Source: Chloroflexota bacterium (GTDB lineage: Bacteria; Chloroflexota; UBA11872; VXOZ01). From it: 64,000 nucleotides of DNA. This document shows, in pieces, positions 50,293-59,265 of this stretch. The first letter of the stretch is position 1; every line of letters starts with the position of its first letter. A model generated the notes under the pieces. The model was not told the origin of the DNA. It was given only the letters and a program-made list of their open reading frames with translations, and did not search any database. Location: positions 384,001 through 448,000 of the forward strand of contig OY760183.1 in the NCBI GenBank assembly GCA_963663275.1, in the 5' to 3' direction. The translations under genes and the position numbers were made by a program.

Positions 50293-50570
50293 GGGTGAAC
50301 GGCGGTCTAGTTTGCGCCGCACTCTTCTTCCCGTTCGCCCTGAGCCGCGTCGAAGGGTGAACGGCGGGTTGGTTTGCGCCATACTCTTCTTCCCGTTCGC
50401 CCTGAGCCGGGTCGAAGGGTGAACCGCGGGTTGGTTTGCGCCGTGCTCTTCTTCCCGTTCGCCCTGAGCCGGGTCGAATGGTGAACGGCGGTCTGGTTTG
50501 CGCCGTACTCTTCTTCCCGTTCGCCCTGAGCCGGGTCGAAGGGTGAACCGCGGGTTGGTTTGCACCGCGC
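50293..50570. repeat. ~4.5 tandem 62-bp units containing the CCGTTCGCCCTGAGCCG-GTCGAAGGGTGAACGG palindrome
   Basis: Unit starts at 50293, 50355, 50417, 50479 and 50541. Confidence 0.9.
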
Positions 50571-50949
50571 TGTACTACCCGTTCATACTTCGACGGGCTC
50601 AGTACGAACGGATAGTACAGCGCCCGTCCCCGGTGTAGGGGCACGACATGTCGTGCCCTTGTAGCGGTATTGCCCGCAGTCTGAGAACTCCGCGCCGCCC
50701 CGCACCTTGCCGCTTGAATTCACGTCGTATCCCGTGCCGCGCGTGCAATCGCGCAAGACCGCTTGGCAAAACGAGCCTTCGATTTACCTGTGCCGGCCTG
50801 ATTCCTCCACGTCTTACCGCGCCCCACGCCACTTGATTCGTCCGGAGCCATGACAGCGCTGTCGGCGCAGTATACGACGCCTCAATCTCGATGGAGCAAG
50901 AAACCCGGCGAACCACAGGAAAGTTCTCCAAAAATCGCCGATTAACCGC

Positions 50950-50978
50950 TAGACAAGAACGCAGGCCTGCGCTAGACT
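50950..50978 (+). promoter_or_regulatory. Putative promoter giving a ~280-nt leader
   Basis: TAGACA-17 bp-TAGACT. Confidence 0.45.
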
Positions 50979-51262
50979 TCAGTCAGATGTATTGCCTCTC
51001 AGTGTTCGTGAGTACAGCGGAAACGATCCGGCATACTCGCAGAAAGGAGGCATGACTACGTCGGTTTCTGCTTCATCGCTTGTGCTGCGCGAGAGGGGTC
51101 GTGTCTCCTCCGCACTACCGCTTTCAAACAAGCCCACCGATCCAATTCGTCTCACTCTTCTGGTGACCCGGTGCGGCCAGTCAGCTTATTTGCACGCTGG
51201 ACAGGCGAGTACTCCTGGCACACGCTTTTCGCAACCGTTGATTTACAGAAGGGAGTCTTCGG

Positions 51263-52618
51263 ATGAAAGCAACAGCGCTTACCCTCAGCCGACGACGCGT
51301 ACTTGCGGGGCTGGCCGGCGCCTTGCTGCCGCTGGCTGCATGTGGAACTGTAGCCGCACCTACCGCTGAGCAAGCGGAGGAGATGGAAGAGAAAGCCGCA
51401 CCCGCCGCCGAAGAAGCGAAAGAGCCTGAAGTGCAGGTGGCGAAATGGTTCTCCGCGTCCTACGGCGGCGGCAGCTTCGACCCGGTGCAGCAGGGACTCG
51501 TTGACAGCTTCAACGAGTTGGACGCCACCTTGCAGGCCGAGTACGTCATCGTGCCCGGCAACCAGCAGGCCTGCATCGAGAAAGTCCGCACCGGCCTGGC
51601 GGCCGGCGAGCGCGACATCGGCATCTTCAATTGCAGTCCCATCTGGCTGGCGAACATCGGCACGGCGGGTTTGGCGGCGGAGCTCGACACTCTGATTGCC
51701 CGCGACCAGGTAGACTTGACGGAATATGCCGATCTGGCAATCAATGCGCACCGCCTGCAGGGCAACCTCGTCGCTATTCCGCACTACGTCAATAGCCTCA
51801 TCACCGTCTACAACAAAGACCTGATGAACAAACTCGGTGAGGAATTGCCGGTGGATTCGTGGACGTGGGACGACTTCCTCACGTTGGCGCGCAGGCTGAC
51901 GACCGGCGCGGGCGCGCAGAAGCAGTTTGGCGTCGCCACGGTGCCGCGGGGCTTCAATCCCAATACGCCGTGGATCTGGATGGCGGGCGGCAGCACCTAC
52001 GACGACGAAGAGAACCCGACCAAGTCCACCATGTCGTCCCCCGAGACCCGGGCCGGGCTGCAGTGGCGCGCCGACCTCTACCACAAGCATCAGGTAACGC
52101 CGCGGCCCGGCGAGGTGGAAGGGGACCTCTTTAGCGGTGGGGTTTCGCCGCTCATCGTCACCACCGGCGCGGCCATGTCCCGCTATCGCGGCGACCGGGT
52201 GTCGTTCGCGTGGGACGTGATCGGCATTCCCGCCGGGCCGACCGGCCGGACGACATTCGCGGGCAGCTACGCCCAAGCGCTCTATAGCGACAGCAGCACC
52301 AAGGACGCGGCGTGGGGCTTGCTCAAGCACGTCACGGGCCGTCCGGGCGCCTTGGCCATGTTGTCGGTTTCGCTCTCGGTGCCGGTCTACACGCCGGTGG
52401 CGCAGAACGAATACCGCAACGCCGACGGCCAACCCGACGGCATCGATAACGTCCTGAACTTCCTCACCTACCTGCGCGGCCTGCCCAAGAATCCGAACAT
52501 GATCGCCATTTACGGCCCGGCCTACGGCACGCACCTCGGCCACATCTGGACCGGCGAGATGAGTGTGGAAGAAGCCACGGCCGCGATGGACACCATCGTG
52601 GACGGCGAGTTGGGTTAG
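51263..52618 (+). CDS. Extracellular solute-binding lipoprotein (Tat)
   Basis: SRRRVL, LAACG, YNKDL, WTWDDF, DAAWGLL. Confidence 0.88.
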   Translation: MKATALTLSRRRVLAGLAGALLPLAACGTVAAPTAEQAEEMEEKAAPAAEEAKEPEVQVAKWFSASYGGGSFDPVQQGLVDSFNELDATLQAEYVIVPGNQQACIEKVRTGLAAGERDIGIFNCSPIWLANIGTAGLAAELDTLIARDQVDLTEYADLAINAHRLQGNLVAIPHYVNSLITVYNKDLMNKLGEELPVDSWTWDDFLTLARRLTTGAGAQKQFGVATVPRGFNPNTPWIWMAGGSTYDDEENPTKSTMSSPETRAGLQWRADLYHKHQVTPRPGEVEGDLFSGGVSPLIVTTGAAMSRYRGDRVSFAWDVIGIPAGPTGRTTFAGSYAQALYSDSSTKDAAWGLLKHVTGRPGALAMLSVSLSVPVYTPVAQNEYRNADGQPDGIDNVLNFLTYLRGLPKNPNMIAIYGPAYGTHLGHIWTGEMSVEEATAAMDTIVDGELG

Positions 52619-52655
52619 CGTTTTCCCAACCGCTTCGGCGCCACAGAATCGGGAA

Positions 52656-53087
52656 TCAGACCCCGGTGCTGCCGAACCCGCCGCGATCGCCGCCCCCGAA
52701 TTGCGCCACCTCTTCCCACGCCACGCGCGGCGTCGGCACGAGCAGCGCCTGGGCGATCCGCTCGCCGCGTTCCACGGTCACGGGCGCATCCGTCACGTTA
52801 TAGAAGAGCGCCTGGATCTCGTCGCCGTCGCCGCAGTAGTCCTGGTCGATGATGCCGACGCCGTTCGCTTTCAGCAAGCCCTTGCGCGCGGGCGTGCTGC
52901 TGCGGCTCGCGACGATGAGCGCGTAGCCCGGGGGTACCTCGATCACCACGTTGCAGGGCACCCGCGCCGTCTCCCCCGGCGCAATCGTCACGGCTGAGCG
53001 GGCGCTCAGGTCGAACGCCACCGCGCCAGCCGTGGCGTAGCGCGGCAGGGGAAGCGTGGGGTCGATGCGTTTGACGCGCACGTTCAT
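52656..53087 (-). CDS. dut: dUTP diphosphatase
   Basis: AFDL, SRSS, GIIDQDY, RIAQ, RGGFGSTG. Confidence 0.93.
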   Translation of the reverse strand: MNVRVKRIDPTLPLPRYATAGAVAFDLSARSAVTIAPGETARVPCNVVIEVPPGYALIVASRSSTPARKGLLKANGVGIIDQDYCGDGDEIQALFYNVTDAPVTVERGERIAQALLVPTPRVAWEEVAQFGGGDRGGFGSTGV

Positions 53088-53104
53088 GGCAGGTAATAGC
53101 GCCT

Positions 53105-53533
53105 CTAGGCAAAGGAGCGCCGGAGCAGCGCCAGCCATTGCAGGAAATATCCCCACTCGGAGTCGTACGGAGTTTCCGCCAGCGGCCGGTCCGGGGCGGC
53201 GACGCTCGTCCGGCCCGGCGCGTTGGCCGCGCGGACGCCGTCCAGCGGCAGCAAGACCAGCGATTCCCCCGGTTCCACCAGCCCCAGCCGCTCTTTGGCC
53301 ACGGTGCGGATGTAGGCCTCCGTGCCCCGGCGGGTCAACTCCTGTTGCAGGGCGGCGTTCTCCGCTTCCCGCGCCGCCAGCCGCTCCTCCAGCACCAGCA
53401 CCCGCTGGTTGACCTCATAGCTGTTCAGCACCCGCGCCGGAAAGCCGGTGAGCGTGACGGCAATGGCCAGACCCGCCGCGATGAGCACGTATTTCGTTAC
53501 ACGCGCCGGTGTCCGTTTGTCGGGGATGCGCAT
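53105..53533 (-). CDS. Septum formation initiator family protein (FtsB/DivIC)
   Basis: TM helix, coiled coil ENAAL, AKERLGLVEPGE. Confidence 0.85.
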   Translation of the reverse strand: MRIPDKRTPARVTKYVLIAAGLAIAVTLTGFPARVLNSYEVNQRVLVLEERLAAREAENAALQQELTRRGTEAYIRTVAKERLGLVEPGESLVLLPLDGVRAANAPGRTSVAAPDRPLAETPYDSEWGYFLQWLALLRRSFA

Positions 53534-53786
53534 CGTGCTACGGCCTCGCCTACGAGTTGGAACGCCTTGCAGCGCCGCGCCGGCCTGTGCGTTGGCGGAG
53601 TGCGGGAGAACTGCCGCGCCGCGCGGAAGGATTGCCGCGCCGCGCGGGCTGCGCGCGCTGCCGGAAGCCGGGGTCGGACGCGGCGCCGGAAACATGAGGA
53701 CGGTCCCGCTGCCGCGTTCTCCACACGTGATTCTAGCACAAACGACGGCGGATGAGATAGCGGCCCGGCGCGACCGGCGGCCGTTA

Positions 53787-53958
53787 GAACCTGTTTACTA
53801 TCTGCTTATGAGGGAGTTTGCAAAGCCGATGTAAACCGTTCGTGCTGAGCCTGTCGAAGCATGGACGGTTGTTTACCAACGTGCGATGGTTCCAATCACC
53901 CTTCGACAAGCTCAGGGCGAACGTCCCTCGTGCAGACAAAACGATCGTAAACAGGCTC
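53787..53958 (-). mobile_element. 172-bp IS1031-like MITE, TSD TTA
   Basis: tta|GAACCTGTTTAC ... GTAAACAGGCTC|tta; inverted relative to 43953-44125. Confidence 0.85.
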
Positions 53959-54837
53959 TTAGTCCCGCGCCGGTGTCGCGTACTCCCTCTCCCAGGCGCG
54001 GAACTGCCCCACGTTCACTACCTCGGTGAACTCGTCCAGCGTCGTCATGTCGGTCATGGTATCGGTGGTGCCGTGCTCCTTCAGCGCCGTGTAGACGCGC
54101 TGCATGGCGCGCGCCGCGGAAAACAGGCTCGAGAGCGGGTAGACCACGATCTTGAAGCCGATCTCCGCCAGGGCGTCCGGCGAAAGCACCGGCGTCTTGC
54201 CGCCCTCGATCATATTGGCAAAGAGCGGCGCGTCCGGGAACGCCGCGGCCACGGCGTGCAGTTCGTCCAGCGACTGGGGCGCTTCGATGAAGACCACGTC
54301 CGCGCCGGCCTCGTAGTACGCGCGGCCGCGCTCCAGGGCGTCCTCCAGGCCCAGCACGGCGCGCGCGTCGGTGCGGGCGATGATCACCAGGCCGGAATCG
54401 CCCCGCGCTTCCACGGCGGCGCGCACCTTCTGCACGTGGTCTTCCATCGGAATCACCCGCTTGCCCTCCAGATGGCCGCACTTCTTGGGCCATTCCTGGT
54501 CTTCCAGAATGATGCCGGCCACCCCCTGCGCCACGCACTCGCTCACCGTGCGTATGACGTTGAGCGGATTGCCGTAGCCGGTGTCCATGTCCGCCACCAG
54601 CGGCACGTTCACGCTCCGCACGATGTTGTGCACGCGGTCGAGGATTTCGCTGGCGGTCATCAGGCCGAGGTCCGGCACGCCAAGGGCGCTGGCCGCAAAG
54701 CCGAAGCCGGTCGTAAAGACGGTCTCGAAGCCGGCCTGCTCCGCGAGGCGCGCGCTCAGGCAGTCGTACGCGCCGGGCAAGACGACGATACCGGGTTTTT
54801 CGATCAAGGCCCGCAGTCGGGCGGAACGCTCATTCAC
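53959..54837 (-). CDS. Isocitrate lyase/PEP mutase family enzyme (2-methylisocitrate lyase-like)
   Basis: GAYDCLSA, ADMDTGYG, EDQEWPKKCGH, IARTDA. Confidence 0.9.
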   Translation of the reverse strand: MNERSARLRALIEKPGIVVLPGAYDCLSARLAEQAGFETVFTTGFGFAASALGVPDLGLMTASEILDRVHNIVRSVNVPLVADMDTGYGNPLNVIRTVSECVAQGVAGIILEDQEWPKKCGHLEGKRVIPMEDHVQKVRAAVEARGDSGLVIIARTDARAVLGLEDALERGRAYYEAGADVVFIEAPQSLDELHAVAAAFPDAPLFANMIEGGKTPVLSPDALAEIGFKIVVYPLSSLFSAARAMQRVYTALKEHGTTDTMTDMTTLDEFTEVVNVGQFRAWEREYATPARD

Positions 54838-54964
54838 AGGGCATGCTCCTTGCGCTTCACTTCTTCTACCAGGGATTGCATGGGTCCATAGGGATATTGT
54901 AGCCGTAGGCGCATGTTCGCACACGATAGCGGGATGGTTGGTTGATCTATGTCCCCACAGGGTC

Positions 54965-54994
54965 TTGACAAACGGCTCCTAACGGGGATAACTT
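54965..54994 (+). promoter_or_regulatory. Putative promoter
   Basis: TTGACA-18 bp-TAACTT. Confidence 0.5.
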
Positions 54995-55094
54995 ATACGC
55001 AGCGGAGTTAACGCTTACGGAAAGGAGGGAGATTCCCATAAGCCCCACGTGGCAGTGATCCGCGTGACTACAGTTTTGCTTCAAGCTCAGGAGG

Positions 55095-56514
55095 ATGAAA
55101 AGGGGATACCCGAAACCGATTCACGCGGCGACGCCTGTTCGGTACCGTCGGCGCATTCTCGGCGGGAAGCCTCTTCCTCGCTGCCTGTGGCCAGCAGATG
55201 GCAGCGGAACCCAGCGGAGACATGGCCGAGGAAGAGACGGTCAAGGCGGAGGAAGAGAAGCCCGCCATGGCGGAGCCGGTGGAAGTGCAATGGCTCACCC
55301 ACCACAACAGCCGCCAACTGGACAATGTCGACGGGCTGGTCAAGGAGCCGTTTGAAAACGATAACCCCGGCATCACGCTGAAGTGGATCATCTGGACCGG
55401 CGACCGCCGCGAGTTTCTACTGACGCTCGTAGCCGGCGGCCAAGCGCCGGATGTGGCGTGGCTCACCGACCCGGCGCTCACGGCCCTCCGCGCGGTGGAG
55501 GCCATCGACGACCGGGTGGCCAAGGACCAGATTGATCTCAGCCCCTTTCCCCAGACTGCCATGGACGCCTGGTTCCGCCGCGACGGCAAGCTCTTTGCGC
55601 TGCCGAACCAGTCGGGCGGCGACTGGCCCGTAGCGCCCACCAATAAGCGCATGTATGAAGAGATCGGTTTGAACCTGCCGCCCAACGACTGGACGGATCC
55701 CGACTGGGACTTCGACCGCTTTACCTCTGAAATGAAGCTGCTGACCAAGGAAGACGGCGGCAAGACCACGCAGTTCGGTCTGCTGGGGGCGAGTCCGGTC
55801 TTCCTCTTCATCGACTGGCCGAACTTCTTCGACACCGAGTGGATTGCCGACGACAACCGCACGGTGGTTTCCGACGATCCCGCGCTCGTGGACGCCTACG
55901 AGCGTTTCTTCACGATGGCGATCCAGGACCGCTCGGTGGCTAAGCCGGGACAGGTCAACGATCTGTTCGGCACAAATGTCAGGACGGCGTTCGTCGAGGA
56001 GCGGGGCGCCATGCTGCGCAGCGCGCCCGGCGGTTTCTTCATGGTGTTGGAGGCCATCCAGCGCGGCGCGCCGTTCGTCTTCAGTCCCGTCGTGCGCGGC
56101 GCCAGCGCGCGGCCGGTCTCGCCCCTGAACCTGGACGGCAACGGCATCGTGGTCGGTTCCAAGCAACCCGACGCCGGTTGGGAGCTTATCAAGTGGGGCA
56201 GCCGCACCATCAACTGGGCGATCTCGCGCGGCACCGGCTTCCATCGCGTGGACTTCTTCGACGAATGGGCGGAGAACATCTACGGCGATAAGGACTTCCA
56301 AGCGGAAGTGCGCCTGGAGGTCTACCGCGACGCCCTGCAGTACGCCGTGCCCGCGGGCCGCTCTTTCCGCTCCGCCGCCTACAATCAAATCCGCGACCAA
56401 CTCATCAATCCGACCTTCGCGGACCTCTTCGCGGGCAACGTGACCGTGCAAGAAGCCCTGCGTGGCATGAAACAGCCGATGCAAGCCCTGGTCGACGAGG
56501 CCCTCGCGCGCTAG
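55095..56514 (+). CDS. Extracellular solute-binding lipoprotein; start codon out of frame with its Tat signal (frameshift)
   Basis: In-frame KGDTRNRFTRRRLFG...LAACG precedes ORF 55198 but follows a TGA; ATG 55095 is shifted by one base at AAAAGGGG. Confidence 0.75.
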
Positions 56515-56609
56515 CCGGCGCACACACCCATAACCGGACGCAGTGAGAGACTCCCATCTCCTTGGGTTACCCCCTCTCCCCGAGGAAACTCCCCCTTCCT
56601 GGCTTAGCT

Positions 56610-56975
56610 CCCTCTCCCTGGGGGAGAGGGCCGGGGTGAGGGGGAATCCCCTAATGCGGCCCGCGTAAAACGCAAACTCCCCCGTAGGGGCAACCCTTGT
56701 GGTTGCCCTGCTACCCCGTCGTTGCCCTATTGCGATGGACAACCAACACGCCATCCCCTCGTACGGGCATCCCTTGTGGTTGCCCTGCATCGCGGAATCA
56801 ACCTGCGCGGCCGCCCTTTCGCGCAACTGATCCAAACCCGCATTGGGCGCGACCCTTTGCCGGAAAACCACGTAGGTCTCCCCCTTCCGGGCTCTCTGGG
56901 CAACCACAAGGGTTGCCCCTACCGGGTGGTAAATGCCCACGTTGACGTGGGCGACCACAAGGGTCGCCCCTACCG
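56610..56975. repeat. CCCTCTCCC hairpin plus four GTAGGGGCAACCCTTGTGGTTGCCC-type REPs in two inverted pairs
   Basis: Copies near 56684, 56760, 56898 and 56950. Confidence 0.8.
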
Positions 56976-57118
56976 GGGCCGATGCGGACGTGGCCGCGGC
57001 GGGCCGGTCTCACCGCTTGGGCAAGCGCGCCCCCGAATGCGCTATAGTGGAAGAGTACCCAGTCACACGCTCACTACGCCTTTGTCGCGTCACGCTGAAA
57101 GATAATCACCGGCTCACC

Positions 57119-57781
57119 ATGTCTACGCGAACCGGCGCGCTCGCGCGCCGTCTCAGGGCAATGCGGCTGCCCATTGCGCTCCCGCTGGCGCTGGGTTTGG
57201 CCGTGGTATTGCTGAGCGCGTGCGGGCCGCTCGCGCCGCCGGCCGCGACGCCGGCCCCAACGGCAACACCCACGCCCATACCGACCGCAGCGCCCACTCC
57301 GACTCCGACCGCCATGCCCGCGCCCTCGCCGACTGCCGTTCCGCAGCCGACCGCGACCGCGCCAGCGGCCCCGACCCCCGCCGCGGCGACGCCGACCGCC
57401 GCGCCCACGCCCATACCGACCGCGCCGCCTCCCACTCCCCCGCCGACGCCCTCGCCCACACCCACGGGCCCGGAAGCGGAACTGGTGGGCGATTGGGAAG
57501 GAATGCTCAAGGTGCTTGGGTCTGAGGTTCCCATCAGCGCCACGCTGCGGCTGGACGACGGCGAACTGTGGGGCACGCTGGACGTAGCCTCCCGGCGCAT
57601 CGAGGACCTGCCGTTCAAGGTCGAAATCCAGCCGGACGGCGGCATTCGCTTCGTCATCCCGCAAGAGGACGGCGACCTCGCCTTCGACGGCAAGCTCGAA
57701 AATGGGGTCGTCGCGGGCAAGTTCAGGATAGGCCTCATTGGCGGCACGTTCACCCTGGAACGCGCCCCATCCGGCAATTGA
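57119..57781 (+). CDS. Lipoprotein with a Pro/Thr-rich linker and a small beta-rich domain
   Basis: LLSACG lipobox, long PT repeats, LVGDWEG. Confidence 0.75.
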   Translation: MSTRTGALARRLRAMRLPIALPLALGLAVVLLSACGPLAPPAATPAPTATPTPIPTAAPTPTPTAMPAPSPTAVPQPTATAPAAPTPAAATPTAAPTPIPTAPPPTPPPTPSPTPTGPEAELVGDWEGMLKVLGSEVPISATLRLDDGELWGTLDVASRRIEDLPFKVEIQPDGGIRFVIPQEDGDLAFDGKLENGVVAGKFRIGLIGGTFTLERAPSGN

Positions 57782-57858
57782 CGAGACATCCTCTCCCGGC
57801 GTGACAGCCTTTGCCTAACCCCCGGCAGGCAGGCAAAGTGACACCCTCTCCCCGAGGG

Positions 57859-58004
57859 CTGACAGGAGTATGCACTCTCTATCCCACTCCACGTGTCATT
57901 CCGAGCGGAGCGCAGCGGAGAGAGGAATCTAAGGCATAGCCCCGCAAGATCAGCACTTTAGATTCCTCACTCCGCTCGGAATGACACTCGCCTACCCCTC
58001 TCAG
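57859..58004 (-). mobile_element. 146-bp CTGACAGG MITE, diverged
   Basis: ctgacaggag ... cccctctcag. Confidence 0.78.
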
Positions 58005-58162
58005 CCCATCAAGGGGGAAGGTTGGGATGGAGGTGAAATGAATTGACTTTATACTAGTGTTAGCTGAAAAGGCACCCTGGATTCCGGCTTCCGCCGGAAT
58101 GACGGAGCTATGCAAAGCTCTCCCGAGGGAGAAAGCAGGCAAAATGACACCCTCTCCCCGAG

Positions 58163-58302
58163 GAGACCTTTGCATAACCCCTTCCCCATCGAGGGGGAAG
58201 GTTGGGATGGGGGTGTAAAGGCTTGAAAGCAGGCTATTCTTAGTTGTAAATGCAGTCTGGATTCCGGCTTCCGCCGGAATGACAGAGTTATGCAAAGGTC
58301 TC
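58163..58302. mobile_element. 140-bp GAGACCTTTGCATAAC MITE inside the CCCTCTCCC hairpin
   Basis: Perfect 16-bp TIR; CGAG on both sides; degenerate copy at ~58005-58122. Confidence 0.82.
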
Positions 58303-58391
58303 CGAGGGAGAGGGCCGGGGTGAGGGTGAATCGCCGGAACACAGGTGCAGCGCCCGCGCGGAGAAGCCCGTCTTCCGCGCACGTACAGCCC

Positions 58392-59156
58392 TCACTCCCC
58401 TTTGAATTCCGGCTCCCGTTTCTCCACGAACGCCCGCAGTCCCTCCTGCGCATCGGCAGAAGCGCGCACGCGCTCGAACAAGCCGCTCGCCAGTTTCACC
58501 CGCTCTTCCAGGCCCAGGTTCTGGCCGCGCACGGACGCCTCTTTCATGCCGCGCGTTGCCAGCGGCGCATTTTGCGCGATGGTTTGCGCGTATTCGGCGG
58601 CCGTATCCGCCAGCGCGTCCAGGGGCACCACCTTATTCACCAGGTGCAGCCGGTGCGCCTCCTGCGCGCTGATGAACGCGCCGGTCAGCAGGTATTCCAG
58701 CGCGTAGTTCAGCGGGATGCGGTCGGCCAGCATGGAGGGCCCGCTGATGGAGCTAATGCCGCGCTTGGCCTGAGGCCAGCCGAATTGCGCGCTCTCGGCG
58801 GCGATCCTGATGTCCGAGGCCAGCGCGATGCCGCCGCCCTGGGCCAGACAATAGCCGTTGATGGCGGCGATGATGGGCTTCCAGATGCGCGTCTGCATCA
58901 CGTAGAGGTCTTCGATCGACGTGCCCGGCGCTTCGTCGCCGGAGGGGCCGCCCATCTCCTCCAGGTCGTGGCCCACGGAGAAGGCCCGCCCCGTGCCCGT
59001 GATTATGGCCACCCAGGCGTCGCCGCGCGCGGCAAAGTCCGCGAACACGCCAAAAAGCTCCTCCCGCATAGCGCGGTTGATCGCGTTCAACTTCTCCGGC
59101 CGGTTCAGCGTGATCCGAGCCACCTTGTCGGCAACGGTGTATTCGATGAAGGACAT
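58392..59156 (-). CDS. Enoyl-CoA hydratase/isomerase family protein
   Basis: LNRPEKLNAI, AFSVGHDL, KPIIAAING, DAQEG. Confidence 0.92.
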   Translation of the reverse strand: MSFIEYTVADKVARITLNRPEKLNAINRAMREELFGVFADFAARGDAWVAIITGTGRAFSVGHDLEEMGGPSGDEAPGTSIEDLYVMQTRIWKPIIAAINGYCLAQGGGIALASDIRIAAESAQFGWPQAKRGISSISGPSMLADRIPLNYALEYLLTGAFISAQEAHRLHLVNKVVPLDALADTAAEYAQTIAQNAPLATRGMKEASVRGQNLGLEERVKLASGLFERVRASADAQEGLRAFVEKREPEFKGE

Positions 59157-59265
59157 AGTGATTCCTCGTGACTCATGAACTTTGCAATGCTGGGGTTGTT
59201 TCCGCTGTTGCGCTTTGGACGTCCGTCCCACTTCCTCCGCCTGGCCGAGCCGCAGCGCGGTCTCC

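Noticed and set aside
50293-50570. CRISPR-like periodic array (62-bp period)
   Set aside because: The inter-repeat segments are near-identical rather than unique spacers, the repeat is a dispersed palindrome family, and there are no cas genes
51052-51369. uORF behind AAGGAGG
   Set aside because: The SD is only 1 nt from the ATG, the ORF overlaps the SBP gene out of frame, and the product has no recognisable features
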